Shown: piece by piece, positions 1 through 13,300 of the stretch
Layout of the letters: the number at the start of each line of letters is the position of its first letter
How positions within the stretch are numbered: the stretch's first letter is position 1
NCBI GenBank assembly: GCA_973895155.1
Contig: OZ316891.1
Coordinates: forward strand, 1-64,000
Direction of reading: 5' to 3'
Length of the DNA: 64,000 bases
From: Marsupella aquatica
Lineage: Eukaryota > Plantae > Marchantiophyta
Made by a program: the position numbers and the translations under genes
Notes under the pieces: model-generated
The model's database searches: none
Seen by the model: only the letters and a program-made list of their open reading frames with translations
Told to the model about the DNA's origin: nothing

Positions 1-365
1 CCAAAGGGTCGCCGCTATAGCTTCTCCAAGAGAACGAATGCCACTGCAGCTTCCCCAGCAGAGGGTGGTCAAAAATCTGGATCACGTCCCATAGCCTGTC
101 CACCTTGCTCCAAGCACTCATAGAGTCTTGAGTTTACGTTGTGTGCACATTGTGCTCCCCGTAAAATTTTGTCATTTCGCGCGCGCGGCAACTTGGACTT
201 GGTTCCTCACAATCGCGCATGCGTGGAACTTGTGATTGCTCTGTTATAAAGACTTTCAACAAAGTTTAACTACAAAATCAATTACGTGTCCAAGTTCGTC
301 TGTAACTGCGGGGCTATTGCCTTTACTTCCCACAATACCGTGATCTCCTTGTTAATCTTAACAAG

Positions 366-437
366 AGCATCTACACATCTCTTAGCATGTACCCAACTCT
401 TAGCATCTACATAACTCTTAGCATCTACGCAAGTCTT
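366..437. repeat. Short 18-bp tandem repeat (TCTTAGCATCTACATAAC-like, ~4 copies)
   Basis: AGCAT(C/G)TAC recurs every 18 nt; translates as (VDAKSY)n in the 282..599 ORF. Confidence 0.8.
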
Positions 438-1669
438 CGTTTCCATTGGCAACCATTTCCACTGTGCAACGACCTGCCGAGCAGTACCTCCAGGAATTTG
501 GTATAACAATTGTAAGAGAAGGCCAGACATCATAGCCCCTTGAGTGTGCACCTCGGGATCTCCTGGGGGGACATCCATAGAAGGAGATCCTTCTTTCAAT
601 TGGAGAAGAGGGCGTTGAGTGCGGTTCTCGTTGATCCCTTCCCTTCACTGGGGCGAACGGATGAGGGTCTCTACGACAACTCAATGCAGTTCTAAAGATT
701 GTCGACAACCCAACAATTGAAAGAGGAATAGAATCTTGATCTGTGGGAATGAGCCCGTCCTTCCAACTTCTTGACATGCCTGGCCAAAGAGCTTGATCGA
801 TTAACAGAGTCACTGGCCTGCTATATATCAAAACCTTTCATGGTAGTGATTGTCATTCAATCCAGGCATTCATCCAGAGCTAGAGACCTTGCAGTGGGCA
901 CTACTAGTACATAGTTGGACAGCTACAAGATACGGATGTTACATGCTGTTGCTTGAGCATTTAGACAGTGTTTGGTCACTTTAGTCTCTAGAAGATATGA
1001 ATGGTCTTGTTGCTCGCAGAAAATCTAGTCTCTACTTTAGATAGTGATAATACCTAGGTTAGCATGTTCTAAGTTCTTTGTAGTTATTGGCGGCTTGATC
1101 AGGAATTTTCGATAGTGATAATACCTAGGTTAGCATAATTTCTGAATCTTTGTAGTTATTCGGAACTCAGGAATGTTGGCTCAGTCTTTGGTCTTCAAAT
1201 GGTATTTCTCTGGTTTTCTCCCCTTTTGTGTGTCTCATTTAGTTGAGATCCTCTGTCTCTTCTCCCCTCTTGTGTGTCTCATTTAGTTGAGATCCTGTAT
1301 CAGCTTCTCCCCGTTTTGGGGGGTCATGTAATTGGGATCCTGTCCCTTCTCCCCTTTATTGGGTCTCATCCACAGATTTGGCTCATTTTGTTCTTTGGTA
1401 GAGTGATTCATTTCCATTTGGACCCTCATTAGATGTATGTAAGCTAACGGAACATATTAAACAAATGGGACCTGCCTGTGGGCAAAAACCTATTGGGACC
1501 ACATGTGAACCTTGTCCTCTATCTAGTACCCATTGTTGCTTCTTTCTTGCAGTTATTTTTCATCATTTTGTTACTGATAACAATTAATAAATTGAGCTCA
1601 AAATAATTGATTTAATTAACCTTTGCTGTGTTTGCATTTCCTTTCTAAATCACTTAAGCTGAGGGTAAA

Positions 1670-1689
1670 GTTTAGGGTTTAGGGTTTAG
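1670..1689 (+). repeat. Interstitial plant telomere motif (TTTAGGG)~3
   Basis: GTTTAGGGTTTAGGGTTTAG read directly. Confidence 0.85.
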
Positions 1690-2058
1690 TTTATCTCTAT
1701 AATTTGCTTTACTCCATTGTACTTTGTTTGGCCTTTTTCAGGAAATTGGTCCTTAGTTTTCTTAAATGTACTTCTTCCTCGTTTTCTATTTTAGTAAGGT
1801 CTCAATGTGGGGAGAGTTTTGTAGATCAATGAACTTAGAAAGTTTGTCTCTGCTTTGGAGCAATGTCGGCTTAATTTACAGCAGGGGAGTGTGAGTTCTT
1901 TGACAGTACTGGTCTAAGTATCCTAAATGTTAGATTCCCCTCAACAGACCCTACATGTGATCACACATTGAGACTTCACCCCTGGCTGCCTCTCACCAAT
2001 ATGTGCAACGTGCACTATATATATAAATTAACACACTTAGAATCAACTACTGTAGAAA

Positions 2059-2077
2059 GTTTAGGGTTTAGGGTTTA
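2059..2077 (+). repeat. Interstitial plant telomere motif (TTTAGGG)~3
   Basis: GTTTAGGGTTTAGGGTTTA read directly. Confidence 0.85.
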
Positions 2078-2737
2078 CTAATGATTTCTTATTAATTTCT
2101 TCTAGTGATGCCCATCTTGCAGTCTTATGTAAACTGTCAGTGAAATAAGTGTCACTCCCCCTATAAAAGAGGGGAGTAAGCCCATTCCCTTCAATTATCT
2201 GAGCTTTGCCTAAATACACACATTGCACTCACCCATGGTGGAATGTAAGTTTATGGCATTCAAAGTCCAAACTCCAGTTTGACTGCAACCAGCTAAATTG
2301 TAGGGTGGACTCCCTTGCCAATTAACTGCTGAACTTATTGTTGTTAGTTTAGCAAATGAGTAGCTAAACTATTCACTTAGTTTTCTCACTTTGATATCTT
2401 TTCCTCACTTTTACTCTTTCTCTCTCCTTGGTATGTTTTCTCATGTCAACATCTTTTGTTCAACGCACGGGCATTGGTCTAGTTATAGATATGAATACTC
2501 CCTCAAATGCATAGCACAACAGAGTGCCCCAAAAGTGCAGAGATTTTGGTACTCTGGAGCTAGTCTGGATCTAGATATATCCTAATAACAAGGAACTGGC
2601 ACTCCAGCTTGCTTTGATGAAAAAAGTCACAATGCCATTACCTTCTTATAAATTTACCCTTGTACATTTTATGGTTCAGATTGTTGAACGATTCAAAGTG
2701 TAAGCTCATATGGGATCCCATCCGGGTCCCATGCATC

Positions 2738-5700
2738 TAATCATTAAACTGTTAAACCCTTTCAAGGTATTATAAACACTTAATGAACACTCAACTATTA
2801 TTTGATTCCTAACCATAACAATCTTTATGGTGCAACCTCTCGCCAAGTAATGAGTATCCACTGATTCCACCAGGCTACAAGTAGTCAATTCAGATTGGCG
2901 GCAGAAGAATAATCATTTTGCCTTGAGTAACTCTGAAGTGTGATTCATTTATGCCTGGTTTGGCCTTGATTTGTCATCCGTCACACCTGGTCATCCCGCC
3001 CCTATCCTGACACCGTCCCAACCTCATCCCAACCCTATCCCAACCCCACCCGGTCCCAACCACACCCCGTAGGGCAACACGTAAACTTGCCCGTTAACTC
3101 AAACCGGGCATTTATCCCACACAAAGATCATCCAACCCCAGGGGCAGGTGAATAATCATTATGCATGGAGTAACTCTGGAATGTGACTCATTTCTGCCAA
3201 GGGAAGATCATCCAAACCCAAGGGAATGCAGCACATTGAACATGGTCAGAACATTGAACTACACAAACAAGGAGGGAGCTCGACCTGTACTTGCTCTAGG
3301 TTGGTCTCCTAGTGGTGTTGGCTATGCTGATGAGGAAGAAGCCTGAAGCACTTGTTGCTGCAAGCTGCCTCTCTCCGGCCACAATTCCAGGATCCTGAAA
3401 ATTAAGCTTCACACCCTGACTTGGGCGTATGCCCAGGTTGACATTTTCCCTCCCTATCATTCTTATTGTTCGGAGAACATGATTGACAGTGAGTTTTGAA
3501 GTAAATTCTGGTGTATTATCCTTTTCCTTTTAATTAGTAGATATTTAAAAAGCAGAAGGGTTTGCAGAATTTATCACAAAGGACATGGTTACATTTCATT
3601 ATATTGAGTTTATGATGGTTTTATTACATTTTGCTTTGAACTTTTTATTGAATACTCCACGTTTCTCAGATTGCACAAGGGGATCTGGTTGTTGGGATGA
3701 CTTTGTGAGTGCAAAATCTACTTCCTTTAGTAGTTGGGAAGCTATCGGCCCTCTTTCACAAGATATTGCCTTACACGTCATTCAAAAGTAAGTTGGCTTC
3801 AAGCACTATTGTTGCCAATGATATGAAGCTCTACATGCACTTGGACAAATGAGTTTCAGTTTCAGGTTTCTTGTCATTGTTTTTGGTCATCCTCAAGACA
3901 CTAAATCCTTTTAGTGTTCTGTGCAGTGTCATTCATGCCAACATTGTACAAATATTGAGGCGAGACCAAGGAAAGAACTGTACACTCCTTGGGACAAATC
4001 AATAGTAGATTTATGAAGGTGAGTACCTCAACATCAAAATTCCCCCTTTCTCCCCACCTACATGTTGAATTATTCATAAATCTAATGATAAAAATTACAA
4101 CTTACGGCATTTCGGTACTCAGATCTGAAATGGTTCGTGTACTATTTGACCGGAATTGTAATATTTACTGAATTGGAATTAGAATAAACAAATTCAGTGG
4201 ATTTGTTTGCTATAGTGTGGGAAAATCTAAAAAAATTGAACACCATAAAATTAAAGTTTACACTTTATTGGATTCTTTGTTATAAAAACATTCTTGAACT
4301 GTTTGTTAGAAAAGTTCTTAAACTAAAGTCCTCAAGGTTTTGAAGGACAGTATTTTTGAATGGCTATGATCACAGATCTCACCTTTTGGACGTGGTTACA
4401 ATTATCCCTATTTTCATTGCTCCCCATGTGAATGAGGGTACTTTTATCTCCTGAGGGTACCCTTGTGCATGAGGGTACTCTTATCAGTGAGGGTACTCTT
4501 ATCAATGTGGTACATTTATCAACGATGGTACTTAATTAGATCAATGAGGGTACCCTTATCAATGAGGGTACTCTTATCTCCTGAGGGTACCCTTGTGCTT
4601 GAGGGTACTCTTATCAACGAGGGTACTCTTATCAGCGAGGGACTCTTATCAGCGAGGGTACTCTTATCAATGGGTACGCTTATCAACAATGGTACTTTGA
4701 TCAGTGAGGGTACCCTTATCAATGAGGGTACTCTTATCTCCTGAGGGTACCCTTGCGTATGAGGGTACTCTTAAGTATCAATGAGGGTACACTTATCAAC
4801 AATGGTACTTTGATAATGAGGGTACCCTTATCAGTGAGGGTACTCTTATCTCCTAAGGGTATCCTTGTGTTGGGCCTTGTCCATGAGGGTACTCTTATTA
4901 ATGAGGGTACTTTTATTAGTCATAGCAAGCAACAAAGCGGGCAGGGACCCCATGAAGGCGCCCTGCGCCGGTAGAAGGACTCCAAACGTACTGAAAAGAC
5001 CCTAAACCTCACCGGACCAGCATTTTGGGTATTGCAGGGACAAATACCAGCCAAAGTACATGCCTGAATTTACCTGCTCTATATTGGTTCCCTAAACCAG
5101 AGGTGATTTTTTTCATCAAATCCATACATTGTATCCTAGTTTTTTTCGCACATGATGTACAAACCTACATAATGTGAAAGTGGGGGAGAAGAAAAACAGC
5201 AAAAACCAAAGCAAGCAAAAAAAAATTCAGCTTTTTCCAGGAAGAAAAAAAAACTTCACCGTCAGGGGGGAAGGAAAAAAAAACTCCAGCTTCAGGCGCT
5301 AGGGAAAAAAACTTGAGGAAGGGCAGGGAAGGAAAAACAATTTGAGCTTCAGGAAAGGGAAACTTTAAGATTTTAGACGATAGGAAAACTTCAGGTAAGA
5401 GTCAAATGTTTTTTTGTAGTATTTGTAAATTAGAGTCAGGAGTTTTGAACTATCTATTCTCTTCGGTGAATTTGTTTTGGCTACCTTGTTCTCTAGAAAG
5501 GCAAGCATTGTGCATCGGTTGAAGTGCAAAGAAGATAGGACGGTATTTTCTTTCCTGGGTATCGATCAATAGACACGTTATTTAAATATGGGGTACCATT
5601 TATTCTAGTAAACAATTCTCTCATTACATTCAATATAAATGGACCCTAAACTCCCCCTGCCCCATTCTGGTCTGGTCTAGTTTTACTCCTCGACACCTCC

Positions 5701-6873
5701 GTATCTATTTCATACTCAGATTATACATTTTCATTTTTACCATCAACCCTAGATTTTCAGAACCTAGAAGCGACGTGTGAGCCGCACTTCACACAAATCA
5801 AAATTTATTTTCCCCAGTCCCACATGACCTGCCAATTTTCCCTCACACTGGACACTTACATCTAGATAAAAAAACACTACTCAAATGGATGGCTGTATGA
5901 CATAACAAATGTGTTGTACAACACCTCATTTGTGGCCGAAAACTCATTTGTGGCCGAAGACTGTTGGTGTAACAAACAATCTTCCTACTTTACCTGACCT
6001 GCATGATTACATCATTTCGTCACGTTTATAGTCTTGTGTCCATGTATGTAAAACCCCACATTTTTACAGCCCAGCTTAGTACATTCCTTAATACATTCAT
6101 TTGTACTTTAATTATGATTATTAGATTACCCCGGCATTTGCTTCGTATCTATGTGTAGGATTACCCCAGCTTTGTATCCATGGGTGTGGCCAATTTCCAA
6201 ACATTAACCTTACTAGTACTTTATTGATTATAAGATTACCCCGGCTTTTGTATTCATGTGTATGGCACAAATCCTAAACATTAATTAATGTATATTTATT
6301 GATGGATAAGATTACCCCAACTTTCGTATCCGTGTGTATGGCACAATATCCTAAGATTAACTTGTCTAGTACATTGCTTTGTGATTGGATTACCCCGAGG
6401 TTCGGATGTATTCCTAACATTAACCTTAGTTGTACATTACTCGATTATTAGATTACCCTAGCTTGTGCATGATATCCACGTATATGGCCCAATTTCCTAA
6501 ATAATATGAACCATAATACCGCATTACATGACCTCAACTTTTGTATCTCTTACTGACAATGGCCATTTATCATGTAAACAGTGTCAACAGTGTGTGGTTT
6601 TCTCAGAATACTCTAAACCCTAAACCTTGTTCCTTTTCTTTCAATAGTGTTGTGTGGGTTTATCAGAATACTTGGCCTTTACAGATGAACACCTTTTAAG
6701 ATTAAGAGTGTACCAAGGGTTAGCGCGAGGTGCAATACAATGCCCACAACAAGATAGATTAGGCAATTCAACCATACTACCCTGCTGTGCCTGTTTGTTC
6801 CCGAAAAAACCTTCACCCATACTGGAAGGTTGCCCATTCAACCTCCTTATAGTAGCAGACTGAACAGAAATCA
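2738..6873. repeat. Long direct repeat block A, copy 1 (non-coding; contains 18-bp array)
   Basis: Begins TAATCATTAAACTGTTAAACCC and ends CTGAACAGAAATCA; colinear with 37744-48537 (e.g. short ORFs 3161..3346 and 38159..38344 are near-identical). Confidence 0.93.
4432..4915. repeat. ~18-bp tandem array (GAGGGTACTCTTATCAAT-like) with quasi-palindromic GGGTACCC/GGGTACTC core
   Basis: Direct reading; homologous arrays at ~31195-31605 and at 39430-39468 + 46072-46570 (split by Copia). Confidence 0.9.
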
Positions 6874-7577
6874 TCACAACTAATCCAAAAACGCAGACTA
6901 CTGGACAGTACAGTGAGTACTTCTGATTATTATACAGTAAGAGTGTGTGTGGTCAGTGATGATGTGGTTTGTCAATAGCTTCTCATCCCACTTTATAAAA
7001 ACAACAGTGAGGACAGTCTGACCAGCACCGCATTTCTTCATTAATGAACATGTCTGTTTACGGTAGTCCACAAAACAAGACATTCCACTCGTAAACAAAA
7101 TAAGACATTCCACTTAGAGCAGCATTGCTCTCCTATTGTTCAACTGAGTAATCACTTATCAAAGTGGCTTCAACTGTGGCTGTGCGTTATAGAATACCCC
7201 CATCCCACGTACCCCCCTTCACCTTCAATACTGTAATTTTGATACGTAAAGACTTTCGTGGCTTTTCTCTTTGTATATTTGAGTGCATTAATTCTCCATA
7301 ATGCACCCCTTTTTTTGAGGAGGGGATTATACAAAACACCTACCTGATACTAACACAATATCTATGAATAGAATCTAATATAACTAAAGAAGGTATATTT
7401 TTGGCCAATTCCATAGCAACCACTTCTTGGATGACCCTTTAATTTGAATTTTCTATTTCAGGGATTCACTTTTTCTTGTTTGTTACCAAAAAGTCACTCA
7501 AGTTTTTACGTACATTAAATGTCCTAGTTACGGGCATTATATCCCACAATGCCCTCTAACCAGGACATTATCCTATT

Positions 7578-7842
7578 AATACCCTTCAGAGCACATGGGC
7601 ATTAATTTGCATTACCCCAGCCCATGGTGGCTGTGCATTTTAGAATACCCCATCCCTCATACCCCCAACCTTCAAAATACTGTAATTTGATACATACATA
7701 CCCTTCGGAGCACATTGGCACTTGCATTACCCCAACACATGGTGGCTGTGCGTTTTGGAATACCCCATCCCTCGTAACCCCCAACCTTCAAAATACTGTA
7801 ATTTGAAACATACATACCCATCTGAGCACATGGGCATTTCCC
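7578..7842. repeat. About two orphan units of the 116-bp satellite
   Basis: CATGGTGGCTGTGC..GAATACCCCATCCCTCGTA..AACCTTCAAAATACTGTAATTTGA, as in 14385-15545; a further fragment at ~7175-7245. Confidence 0.85.
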
Positions 7843-7853
7843 ACGTCCAAAAT

Positions 7854-8973
7854 TTTGTATCTCATTTCCCACGTCCAAAATTGAATGGTGACACATTTGA
7901 TGCTAACGGAGTTTAAAGGTTTCAACATGAAAGCTATGGGAGTCTACGGTTTAACCGGAAATGTTATGGGAGCCTCCACTTTAACCGGAAATGTTGTGGG
8001 AGTCCATATGCTGAAACTTGGAGACATACCATGTATCGCATGTGAGACACAGCCTTTACATAAGAGTGTTGTATGGTGGGTTGGACAGTGAAGGCGATTT
8101 GGGTCCTAGGAGTGTCTGAATGGAGTTGCAACACAGATGGAGGTGAGTAGCAAGGCATGGATACCGCAACCATGGATGTTGTACAGAAGAGAAGCTCCAT
8201 CACTGCACACTCAGCCTGAAACCATGCCACGCCACTGCCACCAGTAAGCATAAAAAATGCAACCATTCGGAAATGCCTTCGCTCGAAGACTGCATCCGAC
8301 AGTGAATGACTCTAATCCATCACTTGCTGCAATTATTGACGATGTCAGTACGCCATCCAAGCGATGCAAGATTCAAGATGCAGATTGAAGGGAATTTGGA
8401 GGTGGCGAGCACAGTCAGGACCAGATTGAAGGCCAGCGACAGGAATTCTCGAAGGCCAATGCTTCCCGACCAAAATACCGACCCAACAATAATGCAGAAG
8501 GGAATTTGAAGGTGACGAGCACATTAAGGAACCAGATTGAAGGCTGGTACAAGAATTCTAGAAGCATTGACCAAGCTTTGTTTCCTTTGTATTTCTCACG
8601 AACCCAAATTGAATGGTGACACTTTTGATGCTAACGGAGTCCAATGGTTTCAACATGAATGTTATAGCTGCAAAAGACATTTATTGGAAATGTTATGGGA
8701 GTGCGGGACTACAAGTGAGTCACAATGAATGCTAGTGGTGTATGAACACTTAAAAAATAATGTTATGGGAGCCTACGGCAACCACCCGTAAGTCACCCTA
8801 ATCAATACTAGTGGAGTTTAAAGGTTTTGATAATAATGTTGTGGGAGTCCAAATAATGAAATGTTGAGACCGTGCACTGCATGTAGGAGACCATGCACCG
8901 CGGTCCCTAAATACCCTGAAATGGCCTGAAGACCGGCCTCATTGCACGCGCTGTGCAGAGAAGATATATACAG
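7854..8973. repeat. Duplicate (block C) of 19722-20969, including the 3' end of the 20823 coiled-coil ORF
   Basis: Short ORFs 7885..8091 and 19753..19959 are near-identical; both blocks end at GCAGAGAAGATATATACAG. Confidence 0.9.
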
Positions 8974-9790
8974 GGGATTGAGGGGTGTTGGGGATTGTTG
9001 GGTGTTGGGGGTTGAGGGATTGGAAGTTGTGTCTTGGGTTGGGTAGATAGATAGTTGTATGTTGGGGGTTAAGGGAGTTGGGGAGTTATGTGTTTACCGG
9101 TTGAAGGAGTTTGGAGTTTGGTTGTGGGTGGGGGTTGACATTGTGGGTTGGGGGAGTCGTGGGTTGGGGATTGAGGGGTTGTGGGTTCAAGGGGAAGTTG
9201 TGTCTTGGGTTGGGTAGGTTGAGAGTTGTGTGTTGGGAGTTGAGTGAGTTGGGGAGTTTGGTTGTGGGTTGTGGCATGGGTTGGGGGAGATGTGTTGGGG
9301 GTTGAGAAAGTCTGGAGTTAGGGATTTAATTTGTTGTAGAGTTGGGTGTTGGGGGTTGAGGGATTCATTTGGGGAGTTGTGTCTTGGGTTGGGTAGGTTG
9401 AGAGATTTATGTTGGGAGTTGAGAAAGTTTGGAGTTACAAAATTTGGTGTAGTGTTGGGGGGCTGAGGGGGTTGGGAGTTGTGTGTTGGGGATTAAGGGG
9501 TTGTGGGTTCAAGGGGAAGTTGTGTCTTGGGTTGGGTAGGTTGAGAGTTGTGTGTTGGGGGTTGAGTGAGTTGGGGATTTAATTTGTTGTAGAGTTGGGT
9601 GTTGGGGGTTCAGGAATTGGAAGTTGTGTCTTGGGTTGGGTAGGTAGACAGTTGTATGTTGGGGGTTGAGGGAGTTGGGGAGTTATGTGTTGGAGGTTGA
9701 AGGAGTTTGGAGTTTGGTTGTGGGTGGGGGTTGACATTGTGGGTTGGGGGAGTTGTGGGTTGGGAGTTGCCGGGGAAGTTGTTTGTTGGG
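8974..9790 (+). repeat. G/T-rich low-complexity tract of degenerate TTGGG/TTGGGGG/TTGAG units with internal duplications
   Basis: Strongly C-poor plus strand; repeated AAGTTGTGTCTTGGGTTGGGTAG; ~9001-9190 recurs at ~9595-9780. Confidence 0.85.
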
Positions 9791-10326
9791 ATAGAGACAA
9801 CCATGTTGTAAAAGATGGACAAGAAAGATGATAAAGAAAATCCAACACAAAAGGGAAAATCAACACTAAACCTTTGAACCTTTGATCCCTGAGTATAGAC
9901 AGCCACAACAAGGGCAGACTGACACATTGGGCAGTCAGTTGTAAAAGATGGACAAGGAAGATGATAAAGAAAAGCCAACACTTAGTCTAGAAAGAGGGGA
10001 AATTCAGAGAAAATCTGGACTGTCAATAAGAAGAGATAGATGGGCAAGATCATGTGCAAGGACTTCAATTCAATCCAATCTTCAATGGAAAATCCCAGTT
10101 CTTACAATATACGGTTAACATAATTATGTATACAAATCATCATTCCTGCTTATATGTCACAAGTATCTCCTCGACAAGACAAGTCAACAATAAATATCAA
10201 CCTGCTTATCCGCCACAAGTATCTCCTCGATAGGACAAGCCAACAATAAATATCAATCGTGAAAAGTCAAAAATAAATGTTAGCCGTGGAAAGTACCTCC
10301 TTGACACGACAAGTCAACAATAAATA

Positions 10327-13300
10327 TCAGCCATCGAAACAATAAATATTAGCATGGAAAGTCAACAATGAATGTTGGCCGTGGATTTTAAATGAACGGG
10401 CCAGATGCTTGTATACACACGACCACACCATCTTCTTCACGACCGCCACTACACTTGTTACAGGCCTCCAAAACAGCCACACAGCCGCTGCACTACGGCC
10501 GTAATGCGCCGATAATATATATAGGTCTTCCAACTTGCTCTGTGACTCTAATCTGAACAACTGAAGTTGTGTGCTCACATCATCTCGTTGTTTAGTGCAC
10601 CCTGCAAGTTCACTTTCCAATTCTTCCATGCGCATTTGGATATCCTTCAAAGCACATTCAGCACCTAAACATGATTCCATGCGCACTGCCTGCTCTACAA
10701 CCTTCCGTTGAACATCTTCAAACTTGCAGTCTGACGACAATTTCAACAACTCAAGTTCATTGATCGCGGCATCTCGTCCTGCAACACACCTTTCAAGGTC
10801 AGCACTCAATTCTGCCATGCGCGATTGGTCCTCCTTCCAACCTTGTTCAGCAGCTTGGTAATTGTCATTGCGCTTTGTCACCTGCACAAGCTTTTCTTCA
10901 AGGTCTTTCAACTTCCATTGTGACTGCAATTTGAACTCTTCAAATTCGCTGGTGGCCGCATCTCGTTCTGCAGTGCCCATTTGAAGTTCAGCACTCAATT
11001 CTGCCAAGCGTGATTGGTCCTCCTTCCAACCTTGTTCAACAGCTTGGTATTCGTCATTGCGCTTTGTCACCTGCACAAGCTTTTCTTCAAGGTCTTTCAA
11101 CTTGCATTGTGACTGCAATTTGAACTCTTCAAATTTGCTGGCGATAGCATCTCGTCCTACAGTGCCCATTTGAAGTTCAACACTCAATTCTGCCATGCGC
11201 GATTGGTCCTTCTTCCAACCTTGTTCAGCAGCTTGGTATTCATCATTGCGCATTGTCACCTGCATAAGCTTTTCTTCAAGGTCTTTCAACCTGGACTGTG
11301 ACTGCAATTTGAACTCTTCAAATTCGCTGGTGACCGCATCTCGTTCTGCAGTGCCCATTTGAAGTTCAGCACTCAATTCTGCCATGCGTGATTGGTCCTC
11401 CTTCCAACCTTGTTCAGCAGCTTGGTATTCGTCATTGCGCTTTGTCACCTGCACAAGATTTTCTTCAAGGTCTTTCAACCTGCATTGTGACTGCAATTTG
11501 AACTCTTCAAATTTGTTGGTGATCGCATCTCGTCCTGTAGTGCCCATTTGAAGTTCAACACTCAATTCTGCCATGCGTGATTGGTCCTCCTTCCAACCTT
11601 GTTCAACAGCTTGGTATTCGTCATTGCGCTTTGTCACCTGCACAAGCTTTTCTTCAAGGTCTTTCAACTTGCATTGTGACTGCAATTTGAACTCTTCAAA
11701 TTTGCTGGCGATAGCATCTCGTCCTACAGTGCCCATTTGAAGTTCAACACTCAATTCTGCCATGCGCGATTGGTCCTTCTTCCAACCTTGTTCAGCAGCT
11801 TGGTATTCATCATTGCGCATTGTCACCTGCATAAGCTTTTCTTCAAGGTCTTTCAACCTGGACTGTGACTGCAATTTGAACTCTTCAAATTCGCTGGTGA
11901 CCGCATCTCGTTCTGCAGTGCCCATTTGAAGTTCAGCACTCAATTCTGCCATGCGTGATTGGTCCTCCTTCCAACCTTGTTCAGCAGCTTGGTATTCGTC
12001 ATTGCGCTTTGTCACCTGCACAAGATTTTCTTCAAGGTCTTTCAACCTGCATTGTGACTGCAATTTGAACTCTTCAAATTTGTTGGTGATCGCATCTCGT
12101 CCTGTAGTGCCCATTTGAAGTTCAACACTCAATTCTGCCATGCGTGATTGGTCCTCCTTCCAACCTTGTTCAACAGCTTGGTATTCGTCATTGCGCTTTG
12201 TCACCTGCACAAGCTTTTCTTCAAGGTCTTTCAACTTGCATTGTGACTGCAATTTGAACTCTTCAAATTTGCTGGCGATAGCATCTCGTCCTACAGTGCC
12301 CATTTGAAGTTCAACACTCAATTCTGCCATGCGCGATTGGTCCTTCTTCCAACCTTGTTCAGCAGCTTGGTATTCATCATTGCGCATTGTCACCTGCATA
12401 AGCTTTTCTTCAAGGTCTTTCAACCTGGACTGTGACTGCAATTTGAACTCTTCAAATTCGCTGGTGACCGCATCTCGTTCTGCAGTGCCCATTTGAAGTT
12501 CAGCACTCAATTCTGCCATGCGTGATTGGTCCTCCTTCCAACCTTGTTCAGCAGCTTGGTATTCGTCATTGCGCTTTGTCACCTGCACAAGATTTTCTTC
12601 AAGGTCTTTCAACCTGCATTGTGACTGCAATTTGAACTCTTCAAATTTGTTGGTGATCGCATCTCGTCCTGTAGTGCCCATTTGAAGTTCAACACTCAAT
12701 TCTGCCATGCGTGATTGGTCCTCCTTCCAACCTTGTTCAGCAGCTTGGTATTCGTCATTGCGCATTGTCACCTGCACAAGCTTTTCTTGAAGGTCTTTCA
12801 ACCTGCATTGTGACTGCAATTTGAACACCTCAAATTCTCTGGTGACCGCATCTCGTCCTGCATTGCACATTTCTTGTTCAACACTCAAATTTGCCATGCA
12901 CGATTGGTTCTCATTCCAACCTTCTCCAGCATCTTCATATTCGTCATTTCGCATTGTCTGTGCCGTCAACTCCCCTTCAAGGTCATCAATCCTGCCTTCT
13001 AACTTTGATTCCGATGACTGAAGTTTACATTGAATAGGTTGAGGTTGGGTTTCCCTTCTTGTAGTACCCTCGTTGCCAACATTTGGCCCCGATATAAGGC
13101 TTTCCCATGAAAATCCCCAATGTAGCAGCAACTGTGTAATAGCAGTCCCACAATAAGCGGGGAACGCCTTTGACTCACGAACATTCCTCATACCCTGAAG
13201 GTGTTTCTTGAATTTACTTATTTCCAAAGCCAATTCATCGTAAACTAAATCACTCCAATCTGGTAGCAATTTTGGCACAGGGCCTGCTAGTCTTTTTCCC

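Noticed and set aside
4463-4974. Short ORFs over the 18-bp, 116-bp, 153-bp, G-rich and LTR arrays (EGTLIN, YPQPSKYCNL, VVPNH, PQPTT)
   Set aside because: Translation artefacts of tandem repeats; open in several frames and both strands
10330-10522. Helitron 5' end at the TA-rich junction (CCTATATATAT on the minus strand)
   Set aside because: Starts CC, not TC, and I found no matching hairpin plus CTRR 3' end
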